Part shown: positions 21,781 to 33,857 of the stretch, piece by piece
Layout of the letters: each line of letters opens with the position of its first letter
Numbering within the stretch: position 1 is the stretch's first letter
Assembly (NCBI GenBank): GCA_963701095.1
Contig: OY969564.1
Location: 928,001-992,000, forward strand
DNA from: an uncultured Methanoregulaceae archaeon
GTDB taxonomy: Archaea; Halobacteriota; Methanomicrobia; Methanomicrobiales; Methanospirillaceae
DNA length: 64,000 nt
Direction: 5' to 3'
Notes under the pieces: generated by a model
The model's database searches: none
What the model was told of the DNA's origin: nothing
What the model saw: only the letters and a program-made list of their open reading frames with translations
Made by a program: the position numbers and the translations under genes

Positions 21781-22433
21781 TTACTGCTGATATACAAGCG
21801 GATCCGTAACACCTGCCTGTTCAAATGCTTCAAGCCTTTCCGTACATGCACCACATTTTCCACAGGAGAGGTCTTCACCTTTGTAACATGACCAGGTGTC
21901 TCCATATTCCACACCAAGGCCGATCCCTCTTTTGACGATATCACCTTTGGAGAGCCAGAGGTACGGCACATTGAGCACGAGATCGTTCCAGTCGCAAAGA
22001 TGCAGTGCCGTGGTCATGGCACTCACAAACGCCGCCGGCAATCCGGATAGATAGCATGGTCACCGGCGTGTGCTGCATAAAATAGGTTTTTTGACCCGAT
22101 GCCGATAGCGTAAGCAGCAGCGAGGCTCAAAAAGATCATATTCCTGTTGGGGACAACGGTCTGCTTCATCGTCTCTTCTGCATAATGGCCTTCAGGAATC
22201 TTCCATGAGTCCCGGGTCAGGCTGGAAGGAGCAAGATCGTTTAAAACCGGAAGATTTACAAGGGTATGAGAGATGTGCAGTTTTGTGCAGGTTTTTTCCG
22301 CGCACTTGATCTCTTTTTTGTGTTTCTGGGAATAATCAAACGTGACAGCCGCAACCTCGTAGCCCTGATCAATGAGATCGTACAGAAGGGTGGTGCTGTC
22401 CATGCCCCCGGATAAAATAAGAACTGCCTTCAT
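21781..22433 (-). CDS. queC: 7-cyano-7-deazaguanine synthase (apparent frameshift near 22036)
   Basis: SGGMDST, TVVPNRN, YPDCR and TWSCY...CGKCGAC. Confidence 0.93.
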
Positions 22434-22571
22434 TGCGGTATCCTTTCCATCTAACCGTTATATTCACGAGCTATATCAAGGAAACGCCGCACCTAATGCA
22501 ATAAAAAGAATCGGGCACCTAAAAAGCATATCACTTCAAACAACGAAAATATAGTCCGGAGTTCATCTGAA

Positions 22572-24191
22572 ATGGCCGGTCCCTACCTGAAAAGCGGCGA
22601 ATCCATTATCCTGACAACGGATCGGGTACTCATTGATGATATTGAGTACGACCTCATCCTGACCAGCCACCGCCTTGCCCTGGTGGACAGTAATCATCAC
22701 ATTGACCAGCCTCAGGTAGTCCCGTTTGATACTATAATATCAGTTAAAGGAGAAACCACACCGGCAAGAGAACCATGCATCACTATCGCCGTTGTTGATC
22801 CAGATAATATCGAGAATGAAAAGACACTAAAACTCATATTCACCCAACAACCTTACCAGGACCGGTCAGCGGAATGTGATCTATGGGTAAAAAAAATGAT
22901 CGAGCATATTGTATCGGTCCGACAAGAACCGGCAACGGCAGGAAAACAACCGGTTGAGGTAAAACCCCGGGAGACTCATGCTACCATTCGCCGGTTTGTC
23001 GCTCCAGAGAAACTTCGGCCCCATATAGAAATACCCCAATACCGCAAACCCTCGGAGGAATTGCTCGCAGCGTTACAGAAAACTGCACAGGAACAGCAGG
23101 ATCATGCACCAGATGAACCCGGACAGTATGAACGCGAAGAGACATCGGCGGTGCCCGTTCTCGCCCAGGAACAGGAGATCAGGCAGATCCCCTCGATCGC
23201 CAAATCTATTCCTTTCAATAAACTTGTCAACGATAAAGAGGCAATGCAGTCTGAGGAAAAGACCGGGCAATCTGTTCCAGAATTACCTTTTACAGAACCA
23301 GTCCCTGAACATGCCAAAGAGAAAGAAGAACTGCCATCGCCTGTAATTGCAGAAGAAAACCTTGGCATGAGTGTCCCGGATCCGGGCAATCAGGAATCAG
23401 TCAGTACCGAACCGGTGGACGATATTGAAAAATTTGCCGGTGTGTATGCAGATAAGATCCCCGCTCCGGCAGTATCGTACGGAACATTACCGGAACCTGA
23501 AACAACCGGTGAAATGCCTGCAGTAGAACCTCAAACCCCGGAAGCCGAAAGCCAGGAGGGGACAGGGCTACCTCACAATGTGGTCTTTCCGGTCCTTCCA
23601 GGCAGCCACACTCAAAGCGAACCGCCAAAAACTCCAAATAAAGGTAGTCCACCCGTCTCAGTCGAACCATCATCCCCAGGAATGTCGAAGGGAAAAAAGA
23701 GGACGGGAATACTGGTTGCAATTGTTCTTGTGCTCCTGGTTGTTTTGGGTGCAACAGCCATTATTTTTTTGCTCTCTCCGGCGGGTTTGATGAGTAGTAC
23801 ACATAACACAACCGTTGCACCGATCGTCACTTCACCTCCGGTCATCACGGCAATCCAGACGAGTGCAATCCCCCCCCAGGGGGTCTGGCTCAAGGTGACA
23901 TATAACGGAACTTTTGAAGGGTCGTACGGGAATCCTGGCCCGGCTAATCAGCAAGAGATAAGGGGATCCGGCGAACAGTTCTATGCCATAAAGAATGGCA
24001 ACGATCTCATCCAGGCACGCTTCCAGAAGCTTGATAATTCCGGGAATACCCTAACTGTTGAAATTTACAACAACGGAACCATGGTCAAGCAATTCAGCAA
24101 AAGCAGCCCTAAAGCAGAGATTGATTTCCTTGTTGATCCGACAACCGGAAATCCTCCCTTTGTTCCAATCAGGAAACCCGGTCAACAATAA
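22572..24191 (+). CDS. Hypothetical single-pass membrane protein (N-terminal PH-like domain, long Glu/Pro-rich linker)
   Basis: LILTSHRLALVD PH-like start, acidic low-complexity middle, KGKKR followed by a TM helix, C-terminal beta domain. Confidence 0.7.
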   Translation: MAGPYLKSGESIILTTDRVLIDDIEYDLILTSHRLALVDSNHHIDQPQVVPFDTIISVKGETTPAREPCITIAVVDPDNIENEKTLKLIFTQQPYQDRSAECDLWVKKMIEHIVSVRQEPATAGKQPVEVKPRETHATIRRFVAPEKLRPHIEIPQYRKPSEELLAALQKTAQEQQDHAPDEPGQYEREETSAVPVLAQEQEIRQIPSIAKSIPFNKLVNDKEAMQSEEKTGQSVPELPFTEPVPEHAKEKEELPSPVIAEENLGMSVPDPGNQESVSTEPVDDIEKFAGVYADKIPAPAVSYGTLPEPETTGEMPAVEPQTPEAESQEGTGLPHNVVFPVLPGSHTQSEPPKTPNKGSPPVSVEPSSPGMSKGKKRTGILVAIVLVLLVVLGATAIIFLLSPAGLMSSTHNTTVAPIVTSPPVITAIQTSAIPPQGVWLKVTYNGTFEGSYGNPGPANQQEIRGSGEQFYAIKNGNDLIQARFQKLDNSGNTLTVEIYNNGTMVKQFSKSSPKAEIDFLVDPTTGNPPFVPIRKPGQQ

Positions 24192-24334
24192 CAAGCTGGC
24201 GGTGCATGCATCAGGTTAGCGTTCCCTCGCGGGCAACAACTCTATCGTATCACCCATTTTAACCGGGAGAATCACGCCTGTCTCCACCTGAAGATTTTTG
24301 AATCTTGCATACATTGATAGGTACGGTAAGAACT

Positions 24335-25626
24335 ATGGCAATTGACTGGTACAACGAATTTGTCGATACTTCCTATGAACCGGCAAAAGACGATCTTGTC
24401 TGCCTTTTTTATTTTGAACCTGCTGCCGGGATTACGGACGAAGAAGGTGCCGGAAGGATAGCTTCGGAGAGCTCGACCGGTACGTGGACGACCCTTTTTA
24501 CGATGCCACCGCGGATGAAAAAACTGGAAGCAACTGCGTTTGAATTTGACCGGCATTTTGTGAAAGTCGCCTATCCCCTTGCACTCTGGGAAGAGGGTAA
24601 CGCCGTCCAATTGATGAGCGGGATCGCAGGGAACATTTTCGGGATGAAAGCACTTAAAAACCTGCGACTTCTCGACGCATCGCTTCCTGCATCCTATCTC
24701 CGCGGCTTTAAAGGGCCCCATTTTGGCATGGACGGGATCCGCAAAATGATGAAAGTAAGCGACCGTCCACTCACAGGAGCCGTCCCAAAACCAAAGATTG
24801 GGTTCTCGGCACAGGAACACGCACAAATCGGGTATGAAACCTGGATGGGCGGCTTTGATTTTGTCAAAGACGATGAGAACCTTACCTCGACGTCGTTTAA
24901 CCGGTTCGATGATCGGGTAAAATACATGACAAAACTCCGGGACAAGGCCGAAAAGGAAACCGGCAAAAAAAATCGGCTTTCCTAAACATCTCCGCTGATG
25001 TGGAAACCATGAAAAAGCGAGCCGATCTCCTTGTGGAGTACGGCTGGAACTACGCGATGATCGATGTAGTAGTCGCTGGAAATGCCAGTGTCATGACCAT
25101 GCGGGACTACTGTTCTGACCTTGGCCTTGCGATCCATGCACACCGTGCAATGCACGCCGCGTTTGACCGGAATAAGAAACACGGCGTTACGATGTACTTC
25201 CTCGCAAAACTCATGCGGCTGATAGGAGTATCCCAGATTCATACCGGAACAGCCGTGGGAAAACTGACCGGAACAAAAACAGAGTCTATTCTTCTTGCTG
25301 ACCTTCTGCGAAAGAAAAAGATCGCGGAAGTCCCTCACCAGTGTCTCGCACAGGACTGGGGATCCATAAAGAATGCATTCCCGGTCTCGTCCGGCGGCCT
25401 GCACCCGGGACTTGTTCCTGACGTTCTTGATATCTACGGTAAGGACCTTATTCTTCTGGTCTCAGGAGGTATCCATGGTCATCCCAATGGTACCCGGGCG
25501 GGCGCAAAAGCAACCATGCAGGCGATAGAAGCATGGCAGGAGGGTGTTTCCCTCGATGACAAAGCAAAAACCGCTCGCGAACTGCATGAAGCGCTGAAAA
25601 AATGGGGATATTACAAACCTAAGTAA
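24335..25626 (+). CDS. rbcL: Ribulose-1,5-bisphosphate carboxylase, form III (apparent frameshift in the A-run near 24970)
   Basis: ASESSTGTWT, PKPKIG, active-site GGFDFVKDDENL, HAHRAMH, SSGGLHPG, GGIHGHP. Confidence 0.95.
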
Positions 25627-25688
25627 GAGACAATAAGAGTGCTCTATCCCAATCCCTTTTTATATCCCGGTTAAATCTCTTTAGCATC

Positions 25689-27644
25689 GTGACAGGATTT
25701 CAGCTCGTCTCTTCCTTTCCTCCCGCCGGTTCACAGCCGGAAGCAATAGCCCGGCTCAATGACGGCCTCGCCGATAACGCCCGGTTTCAGACGCTCCTTG
25801 GGGTTACCGGTTCCGGAAAAACCTTTACCATGGCGAATGTTATCGCGGCCGCAGACAAACCTACGCTGGTCATTGCCCACAACAAGACCCTTGCTGCGCA
25901 GCTGTACCAGGAGTTCTGCGATTTTTTCCCGAAAAACCGTGTTGAGTATTTTGTCTCGTATTATGATTATTACCAGCCGGAGTCGTACATTCCCTCAAAA
26001 GACCAGTATATCGAGAAGGACTCGTCCATTAACCCTAAAATCGAGATGTTGAGGCTCTCAGCCACTGCATCGCTCTCCCACCGCCGCGACGTTATTGTCG
26101 TCGCATCTGTCTCCTGCATCTTCGGTCTTGGAAATCCTGAAAATTTCCGGAACCTTGGTTTTGACCTTACGGTAGGCCAGAAAATCTCAAGAAAAGAGAT
26201 CATGAGCCGGCTGCTGGATATCCAGTTCGAACGGAACGATATCGATCTTTCACCGGGCCGGTTCCGGGTCAAAGGCGACACTATCGATATTGTCCCCGGT
26301 TACTTTAATGATATTATCAGGATCGAACTTTTCGGTGATGAGATTGAGCGTATCCGTGAAGTAGACAAAAATACCGGGGCAAAAAAAGAGGAGATGAAGT
26401 ATTTCTATGTGTATCCCGCACGCCATTTCGTTACCCCGGAAAGTGCACAGAAGGCCGCTGTCGCATCGATACAGGAAGAACTTGATGAAGTCCTTCCCAC
26501 TTTAGGGCTGGTTGAGGCCCATCGGTTACGGCAGAGGACAAACTTCGATCTCGAGATGATACGTGAAACCGGTTCCTGCAAAGGGATCGAGAATTACTCC
26601 CGGCACTTCGACGGCAGGAAACCCGGGGAGAAACCGTACTGCCTTCTTGATTACTTCCCCGACGATTTTCTTATGATTATAGATGAGAGCCATCAGACGA
26701 TTCCGCAACTGCACGGAATGTATAATGGTGACCGTTCCCGCAAAGAAACTCTCGTAAACTACGGTTTCCGTCTTCCCTCTGCATTAGATAACCGGCCTCT
26801 GAAATTTCACGAGTTTGAGCAGTACATGTGCCAGGCAATCTTTGTTTCGGCAACTCCGGGACCTTATGAATTAAAGCACTCCACGCAGGTAGTCGAACAG
26901 ATTATTCGACCAACCGGCCTTATCGACCCCGCCGTCGAAGTGAGGCCCACTGAAGGCCAGACCCTTGACGTAATAGAAGAAGTAAAAAAGACCATTGCAC
27001 GCGGCGACCGGGTGCTGGTAACAACACTCACTAAAAAACTTGCAGAGGAACTTTCTGAATACTTTGCCGACCGGGGTATCCGCACACGGTATCTTCATTC
27101 AGAAATCCAGACACTGGAGCGAACGGAAATCATCCGCGAACTGCGGTTGGGTAAATTCGATGTACTGGTCGGAATTAACCTCCTCCGGGAAGGTCTGGAT
27201 ATCCCTGAGGTGGGCTATATCGGGATTCTAGACGCAGATAAGGAAGGGTTCCTCCGCGATGCCCGGAGCCTCATCCAGATCATCGGAAGAGCGGCCAGGA
27301 ACGTGCACGCAAAAGTTGTTCTCTATGCTGACAATATGACCGATTCGATGAAGACTGCAATCTCCGAAACAAAACGGCGGCGTGAAATGCAGATTGCATA
27401 CAACACGGAGCATCATATCGTCCCGCAGACTATCATAAAACCGGTAAAAGAAAAAGAAGTCGAGATCAAGGATACAAAACATGTACCGAAAGCAGAGATC
27501 CCAAATGTCGTCATCGAGCTTGAAAAACAAATGCAGGATGCAGCGAACAACCTCGACTTTGAGCGGGCAATTGCACTACGCGAACAGGTAAAAAAACTTA
27601 ATGAGCGACTCAGGGAAAGTGGAAAGCATCGCGTGCATGAATAA
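25689..27644 (+). CDS. uvrB: Excinuclease ABC subunit B
   Basis: GVTGSGKT, YYDYYQPESY beta-hairpin, DESH, INLLREGLD, C-terminal UVR domain. Confidence 0.97.
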   Translation: MTGFQLVSSFPPAGSQPEAIARLNDGLADNARFQTLLGVTGSGKTFTMANVIAAADKPTLVIAHNKTLAAQLYQEFCDFFPKNRVEYFVSYYDYYQPESYIPSKDQYIEKDSSINPKIEMLRLSATASLSHRRDVIVVASVSCIFGLGNPENFRNLGFDLTVGQKISRKEIMSRLLDIQFERNDIDLSPGRFRVKGDTIDIVPGYFNDIIRIELFGDEIERIREVDKNTGAKKEEMKYFYVYPARHFVTPESAQKAAVASIQEELDEVLPTLGLVEAHRLRQRTNFDLEMIRETGSCKGIENYSRHFDGRKPGEKPYCLLDYFPDDFLMIIDESHQTIPQLHGMYNGDRSRKETLVNYGFRLPSALDNRPLKFHEFEQYMCQAIFVSATPGPYELKHSTQVVEQIIRPTGLIDPAVEVRPTEGQTLDVIEEVKKTIARGDRVLVTTLTKKLAEELSEYFADRGIRTRYLHSEIQTLERTEIIRELRLGKFDVLVGINLLREGLDIPEVGYIGILDADKEGFLRDARSLIQIIGRAARNVHAKVVLYADNMTDSMKTAISETKRRREMQIAYNTEHHIVPQTIIKPVKEKEVEIKDTKHVPKAEIPNVVIELEKQMQDAANNLDFERAIALREQVKKLNERLRESGKHRVHE

Positions 27645-27934
27645 TTAACCCTTGATCAGAGGTCATGACTTTTCTGTCTATCATTCTGCAACGGTTCACG
27701 TCTCTCCTACATTGCAGATCTTCTTTATGTTATGGTTTACAATATATCGGGCGATCTACCCTATCTAATGTTAAGGAAAACAGTAGCTACGATTAGCAAG
27801 AGGTTTCAAGCGAAAACGTAAAGCAGGGGCTAGCAATAAAAAGATGATGAGGATAAATTGGATAAAACCATTGCCCATCGAACCGCAAACGCAATAGGAA
27901 AGTACAGCAATAAAAATACGGTGACTTTAAAAAA

Positions 27935-28441
27935 ATGACCTTGGTGGCAGATATGGCTATAGGAATGATCCAGCTGATCATTGCCATCATTTTTTCGGTA
28001 ATTGCTCTCTACGCAGGATTACTCACGTTTAACCATCTTACCGGAGGTTTCGATGCACCTGGCGAAATTAAACGGGGAAATGTTGCCGTTGGTCTTCTCA
28101 TAGCTTCCATTTATATTGGTATTTCAATACCTGCGTATGCCGGAATTCAGGCAATCCTTGCTGGTTTAAACAATATTGCTACCGAAGGTATGTTCTCGGC
28201 AGAAAGTACCTTCAACATTGTATTCATAATTGTTGAACTGGGATTGAGTATTCTTCTGGCTGTTGGCGCAATTTATGTCGTAATGTATATCATTGCCCAG
28301 GTGAGTTCCTCTATTGACGTGCTTCGTGAAATCAAATATGGAAATGTCTCGATGGCACTGGTAGTGGCAAGCATGATCCTGTCAGTATGTATTGTAATCC
28401 ATTGGAGTATTGATGGATTATTCAAATCTGTCTTTTTTTAA
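27935..28441 (+). CDS. DUF350-family membrane protein
   Basis: Two repeats of EIKxGNVxxxL between TM helices. Confidence 0.75.
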   Translation: MTLVADMAIGMIQLIIAIIFSVIALYAGLLTFNHLTGGFDAPGEIKRGNVAVGLLIASIYIGISIPAYAGIQAILAGLNNIATEGMFSAESTFNIVFIIVELGLSILLAVGAIYVVMYIIAQVSSSIDVLREIKYGNVSMALVVASMILSVCIVIHWSIDGLFKSVFF

Positions 28442-28590
28442 AAGGATTGAAAACTCAATTATTCTTTCCGAATAGAGAAAAGTTTGGGGAACTAAAAAAG
28501 GGTTAGATTAACCAATCCAGTTTTCTTACAGGAAGTAAAGAGGGAAACACAGTTCAGATGGCCATTAATATCTGAGAAAAGGGTCTAAGA

Positions 28591-29940
28591 TTATGGTACT
28601 GCACTTTCCTGAACCCCGGCGGCATCACCGGCTTCCGGGATTCCGACCATATAGTAACGTTTGATAAATTCGCGCACTTTTTCCGATTCTATCCAGCCCA
28701 TATCAAGTTGTGTTACGATCCGATCAATTTCGCGGGCCTGCAGGATAATCTTATCAGTTACATCGCCGGGAGCAAGACTTGAAAGGCCCACAATCACGGC
28801 AAGAGGGTTCCTGATATGATCGCCAAGGATGGCAAACTGCTCGATATTCTTTTCTATCTGTTCAAGCGCCTCTCTTTTTACTGCTTCCATCTGTTTTCGG
28901 GCAGTGATATCAATAAACGAAGCCATAATGCAGACGGGAGCATTCATTTCATTTTTCACAAGATTAATCCAGAGCAGGACGTAAAACGGCGTCTGGTCGG
29001 CTTTGTGGAGAAGTATCTCCCCAAGCCAGCTCCCTTTGCGTTGAAGCGCCTCTTTAATCATTTCGGTTCTCTGATTGGATGCGACAAATTTCCAGAGATT
29101 TGAACCGTTGAATTCTTGTTCGTGATGGGATCCTGTCATCGACAGGAGAGAGTGATTGACATACGTAATGGTAAAATCGAGATCCATAATGGCAATTGCA
29201 TTAAGCGATGAGCTTATTGCGTAATCCCGTATGATAAGCGCTTCCTCAGCCTGTTTCCTTGCCGTAATATCAATTATCGTACAGACAAACTGGTCATCCG
29301 GGAGCATACCGGCCGAGAGTAAAACCCATCTGAACGTGCCGGTCTTTGTCACAAAACGGGTTTCAAGGTTTTCCACGTTACCCTGAGTGGCAAGGGTCTG
29401 AAAAAATTTTTCCCGGTCGGCTTCGTTAACCCAGAACCGGGTGAAAGATTGATCTGCAACTTCAGCGGGTTCGTAACCCAAGGTGCCGGCGAAACGCCGG
29501 TTTACTTCTTCGATAGTCCTGTCAGAACCATTTACAACGCCTATCCCGGCTTCAGAATGGTCAAATGTTCCGCGGTATTTTAACTCGTTCCTTCGCATAT
29601 GAATGGCAAGACTTGAAACAACGGCGGCAATCCCTATAACGACAAAACAGGTGAAAAAGGATGCCGCTACTTGGCCAAGATCCCCACCAGTGACTTCAGC
29701 AACGAGCCCGATATAGATAGCTGAAACTCCGGCTGCAAACCATACTCCCCAGCGGGGGTACCAATATGATGCAATAACGATGGGGATATAAAGGAGGTTT
29801 GCAGCAACGGCTGCCGTACCATAATGGAATGCGAGGATATTGATAAGAAGGGCGAGAATGGTGGTATTAACGATGATAAAAAGCCAAAGATCGACGAGAC
29901 TTTCTTCACGCTTCCCAAAAAGAGATTCTCGAACGTTCAT
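28591..29940 (-). CDS. Membrane PAS sensor ending in a His-containing dimerisation segment, no ATPase domain
   Basis: Four TM, two PAS domains (DITARK), C-terminal ILGDHIRNPLAVI. No N/G1/F/G2 boxes. Confidence 0.8.
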   Translation of the reverse strand: MNVRESLFGKREESLVDLWLFIIVNTTILALLINILAFHYGTAAVAANLLYIPIVIASYWYPRWGVWFAAGVSAIYIGLVAEVTGGDLGQVAASFFTCFVVIGIAAVVSSLAIHMRRNELKYRGTFDHSEAGIGVVNGSDRTIEEVNRRFAGTLGYEPAEVADQSFTRFWVNEADREKFFQTLATQGNVENLETRFVTKTGTFRWVLLSAGMLPDDQFVCTIIDITARKQAEEALIIRDYAISSSLNAIAIMDLDFTITYVNHSLLSMTGSHHEQEFNGSNLWKFVASNQRTEMIKEALQRKGSWLGEILLHKADQTPFYVLLWINLVKNEMNAPVCIMASFIDITARKQMEAVKREALEQIEKNIEQFAILGDHIRNPLAVIVGLSSLAPGDVTDKIILQAREIDRIVTQLDMGWIESEKVREFIKRYYMVGIPEAGDAAGVQESAVP

Positions 29941-30225
29941 CAGCTCACACCATAGTTTGATACCATCGGTTGGAGTAACTCCAAGGAATACCCGGCTTTG
30001 TTTTTTCCGTCTATGTTTCTTTTTTGCACAAATGGATATTAATAATTTTTGGTTTTTTTATAGTTAAAGGCAAATAATAAGAGCACCATTTGGTCAGTGA
30101 ATGCCTAAACTATCGTATTTTTACATATCCCCGACAATTACGGGCGATATAGGTTATTGCACCGGTTCACAGAGCCGGATATTCAACGTTTGAAAAAAAT
30201 CCATACCTTGAAAAGATTTCCCTTT

Positions 30226-32690
30226 TCAGCCAAAGCCCCACTGGGCAAGTGTTGTATGTGAAGGATCAACATCCTTCCATGACCAGCCAAGAGCCTCGAT
30301 GATCCGGGAGATGGGTTGTTCTATGGACTTTTCAAGCATCAGTTCCCAGTCAGGTATGAACTCTTTTGGTACCTGATCAGCATACTCGAAACAGATCACA
30401 TCGGTTTTAGGATATTTTCCGGTTACCGTTTTTATGTAGATGCGTTTTGGCTTACTACCTTTGCCAAACTCTGTATGCAGGTACTTGTTGGCATATCGGG
30501 CTCCCCGTACCTGTGCATCATCAGTCTCATAATCGTCAAGAGACTTACCGATTCCTCCCGGAATACCGATTTCATCAAGAGAAAATTTTCCTGCGCGGTA
30601 CTGCGTTATTATATCACCAAGGAATGCTTTGATCTCTGAATAGTCTACGCCTGCAAGGATCATCTCCATTACTTTTGTCTGAACTATTTTGGTGATCTGA
30701 GGTGTATCACTCCGACGGATCTCAAAACCAACTACATCCATCTGGTCTGCATCTTTACCTTCTTTCCAGACAAGCCGCCCGGCATAACGTTTCTTTTTCC
30801 GGCCTGGAAAAATCGTGCATATATCTTTTCAAACTTGATCGAAAAGTAATGCGTCTCGGCGTTCAGCTCCCTTAAAGCAAAGTCCTTGTAACTTGCATTG
30901 AGCTGTTTTTCAAGTACACGTGCTATTTCAATGGTTTTTTCACGATCGAGTGGAGGTAGCTGGACCATACAGGAATCCGTATCGCCGTAGATCACCTTGT
31001 AGCCGTGCTGTTCGATAACCCGCCGTGTGTGCTCAATGATAGCTCGTCCAACGGACGTGACGGCAGCCCCAATCTCGCGATCAAAGAGCCTGAACCGGGT
31101 ATATCCCGAAACACCGTAATAGGTGTTCATGATCACCTTGAGCACATTCTGCTGCATATCGTACAGGATATACTGCGGTGAACCGTAGGGAAAGGAATTC
31201 CGGAGATTTTTTCTTGCATCACGCTCTTTTAAAAGTTCAGAAAGAATACTCCGGGTCAGTCCGTCAGGTAGTTTTCTGAACCGGATCCCGTTCGGTGCCT
31301 TGAGTTCCCCTTCGGGATCTTTTGTCTCTGGTGATGCGTTGATTGTCATCATTGCCATAGGATAGAGCGATTTGAGATCGAACACCACTACATTCTCCCG
31401 CACACCTTTGCTTGGTTCAAAGACTGTCGCACCTTCAAATTCCTCGGCATTTGCAAAACCCTTTGAAGGAAGGATATATTTCCCGTGAGCTTTTCGAAGG
31501 ATATAAACGTCAATTACGCTTGAAGAATTAAGGGTCTTATCCAGAGGGCAGCCAACATAACGGGCGATTTCCCGGTAAAAACCGACTATGTTATTTTTCT
31601 TATCAATGGCGACACAGAGTTCGACATCCTTAAAATTATATTCAACAAGGAGTGCAGGTTGTGTTTTCCAGAGATCGGAGACTGTGCCGGTGTACCGTAC
31701 TTTGATATCCTTGACCTCTTCCTCAGCTATCGCATCAAGACGGTAGGATTCTTTTAACGTCGAATGCATTTTCTTGTATCCGGTGAGGAGATCGAAAAGT
31801 GCCCTGCCGCGTAGTGCGTTCCGGTCGGTCATGCCCGGAAGACGAGCGAGCATAACCGGGGAGAGTCCCAGTTTCTCCATTCTTCCGGTAATATAAGGCA
31901 TATCGAAATCGACAAAATTCCATCCCGTGAGGATATCTGGATCGCGTTGTGCAAGATACGCCCCAAAAGCCCGGAGCATAGATACTTCATCGGCATACGT
32001 ACAGATCGTATGAGATCCTTTCCGGAAACAACCGTTTTTCAGGCCACCTTGTTCCCGTTTATCGGTGATCTCAGCTGGCATAACGGGGCCACCGAAAAGG
32101 AACGTTGTATAATCTTCATCGAATGAATCATGGCAGGTAATACAGATAATTGCATCCCGCTGGGTATCCGGAAAACCACGCTCATCTTCACATTCAATAT
32201 CGATAACACACACTCGTGCCAGTGCATCGACTTCTGTGGGCACAAGCTCGTGATAATCGGCAGAAATCGAGGGTGCCTTAACTGCACCGGTAAGCCCACA
32301 GTCAATCATGAACCTTGTCGCAAAGGGTATATCAGCCTCGAAATGCCGGTACCGCTCTCTTACGTCCCGCACATCCCCGGGGCGGACAGTAAACAGTTTT
32401 TTGAGTTTCTCTCCCCGGATTGAACGATAGATAGTGTCCGGCTCAATAGTTACCTGATCGGGGCGTATCTGGCCGACCTGTTCTTCCGGAACATAAAAAT
32501 ACGGCAGAAAACCGGTTACATCAAGCCGGTAAGCTTCTCCACGGGTGTTTCTCCCAAAGACATGAATGACCGGTCCATCGGGAGTGTTGCTATACTCTAC
32601 CTGATTAATTGCGATCGACACTTCGCCGGTTTCTTCACCAGCCCGGGTTTCTGTAAGGGTTTCTGAAGATCGCAGGGCCTGGACGGGCAT
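30226..32690 (-). CDS. polB: Family B DNA polymerase (apparent frameshift near 30795)
   Basis: Exonuclease motifs DIEC, NFVDFD and YNFKD; polymerase motifs DLKSLYP, KVIMNTYYG, YGDTDS and KKRY (split across frames). Confidence 0.95.
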
Positions 32691-32693
32691 AGT

Positions 32694-33559
32694 CTAAATC
32701 ACCACCGTGCGGCAGAGATCCCGGACAAAGGCCCCGGCCTGAACAATCCCCGCCTGTTCCCAAGGGTCAAGATTCCAGGTGATGACATCTTCTATGCCGG
32801 TACGCCCGACCCGGACCGGAACACCAAGGGAGCATTCAGAAATACCGTACTCCCCTTCAAGCACTGCAGAACAGGGAATAGTCTCCTGTGAATCAGAAAG
32901 CAGAAGCCGGATCAGGGTGGCGATATGGTATGCTGGCCCAAATACGGTCCCGCCTTTGCCCTTGATAACTTCCATACTCGCACCCCGTAGTTCATCAAGG
33001 ATCGTATCGCGGATGTCTTCAGTAACCGGTTGGAGGAGCCGGGAAAAGATCGGTACCTGGTAATTACCATGCTCCCCGAGTACAACAGCTTTTCCCCGGA
33101 TATGTCTTTGCCGAAGAGCAAGGGAGAACCGGGCACTGTCAAGCTGGCCACCAAAACCAATACACCGTTCACGGGGGATGCCGGTGAGCCGGCTCATGAG
33201 AAAATTATTCACATCCATGGGATTTGTCACTGTAACAAGAATGCCGGAAAACCCGTCAAGTAACTCGGCACACTTCCGGATCACGGGGATATTTGCTGCT
33301 ATAAGATCTGCCCGGTCTTATCTGCCGGTGTACGGGGAGTACCTGCAGCAAAGATACAGATATCCGCTTCCCGGATGTCGCGGGTCTCTGTTGTTACCGA
33401 GACCGGTACGCCAGTGTGTTGGATATCCAGCACCTGTGCCTTAAGAAGGCTTGCACTCTGATCATACAGAACGAGTTCATCCACAAGCCCCAGTATTGTT
33501 GCAAGGTACGCCACTTCACCGCCGATCCTGCCGACACCCATAACTGCAAGCCTTGTCAT
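32694..33559 (-). CDS. mdh: Malate/lactate dehydrogenase (apparent frameshift near 33315)
   Basis: GVGRIG, AGTPR, VTNPMD, LDSARF, LGEHG, KGGTVFGPA. Confidence 0.88.
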
Positions 33560-33660
33560 AACCTTGCTCCTGTATTAGGTATGCACATCATGAATTTAAG
33601 TGACTACCGACAGTGAAACATAAGGATCTCTGTAAAGAAAGATGTCCATTATAAAAAGAG

Positions 33661-33797
33661 CCAGCCCAAAATTAGTCTTATTTTTGGTATTGGTCAAAAC
33701 ACACGCGGAAGATCGATTCGGGGATCAAGAAACGCTTTCTTTTCACCGAATGCTATCATCCACTGACATATGAGATGCCCATCAAAAAGGTTAATTC
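33661..33797. repeat. Direct repeat, copy 1 (137 bp)
   Basis: Colinear with 34155-34292. End blocks are 26/27 and 30/32 identical; the middle is diverged. Confidence 0.9.
33694..33759 (-). CDS. Putative leaderless 21-aa micropeptide MIAFGEKKAFLDPRIDLPRVF
   Basis: ATG lies 29 nt downstream of a TTTTTGA TATA-like box. Frame and stop position are conserved with the paralogue at 34188-34254. Confidence 0.5.
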   Translation of the reverse strand: MIAFGEKKAFLDPRIDLPRVF

Positions 33798-33857
33798 TCC
33801 CTTTTCCGGAACTGGAAAACCGCACATCTCAGGCATATCGAGAATTGGAACGGCGGA

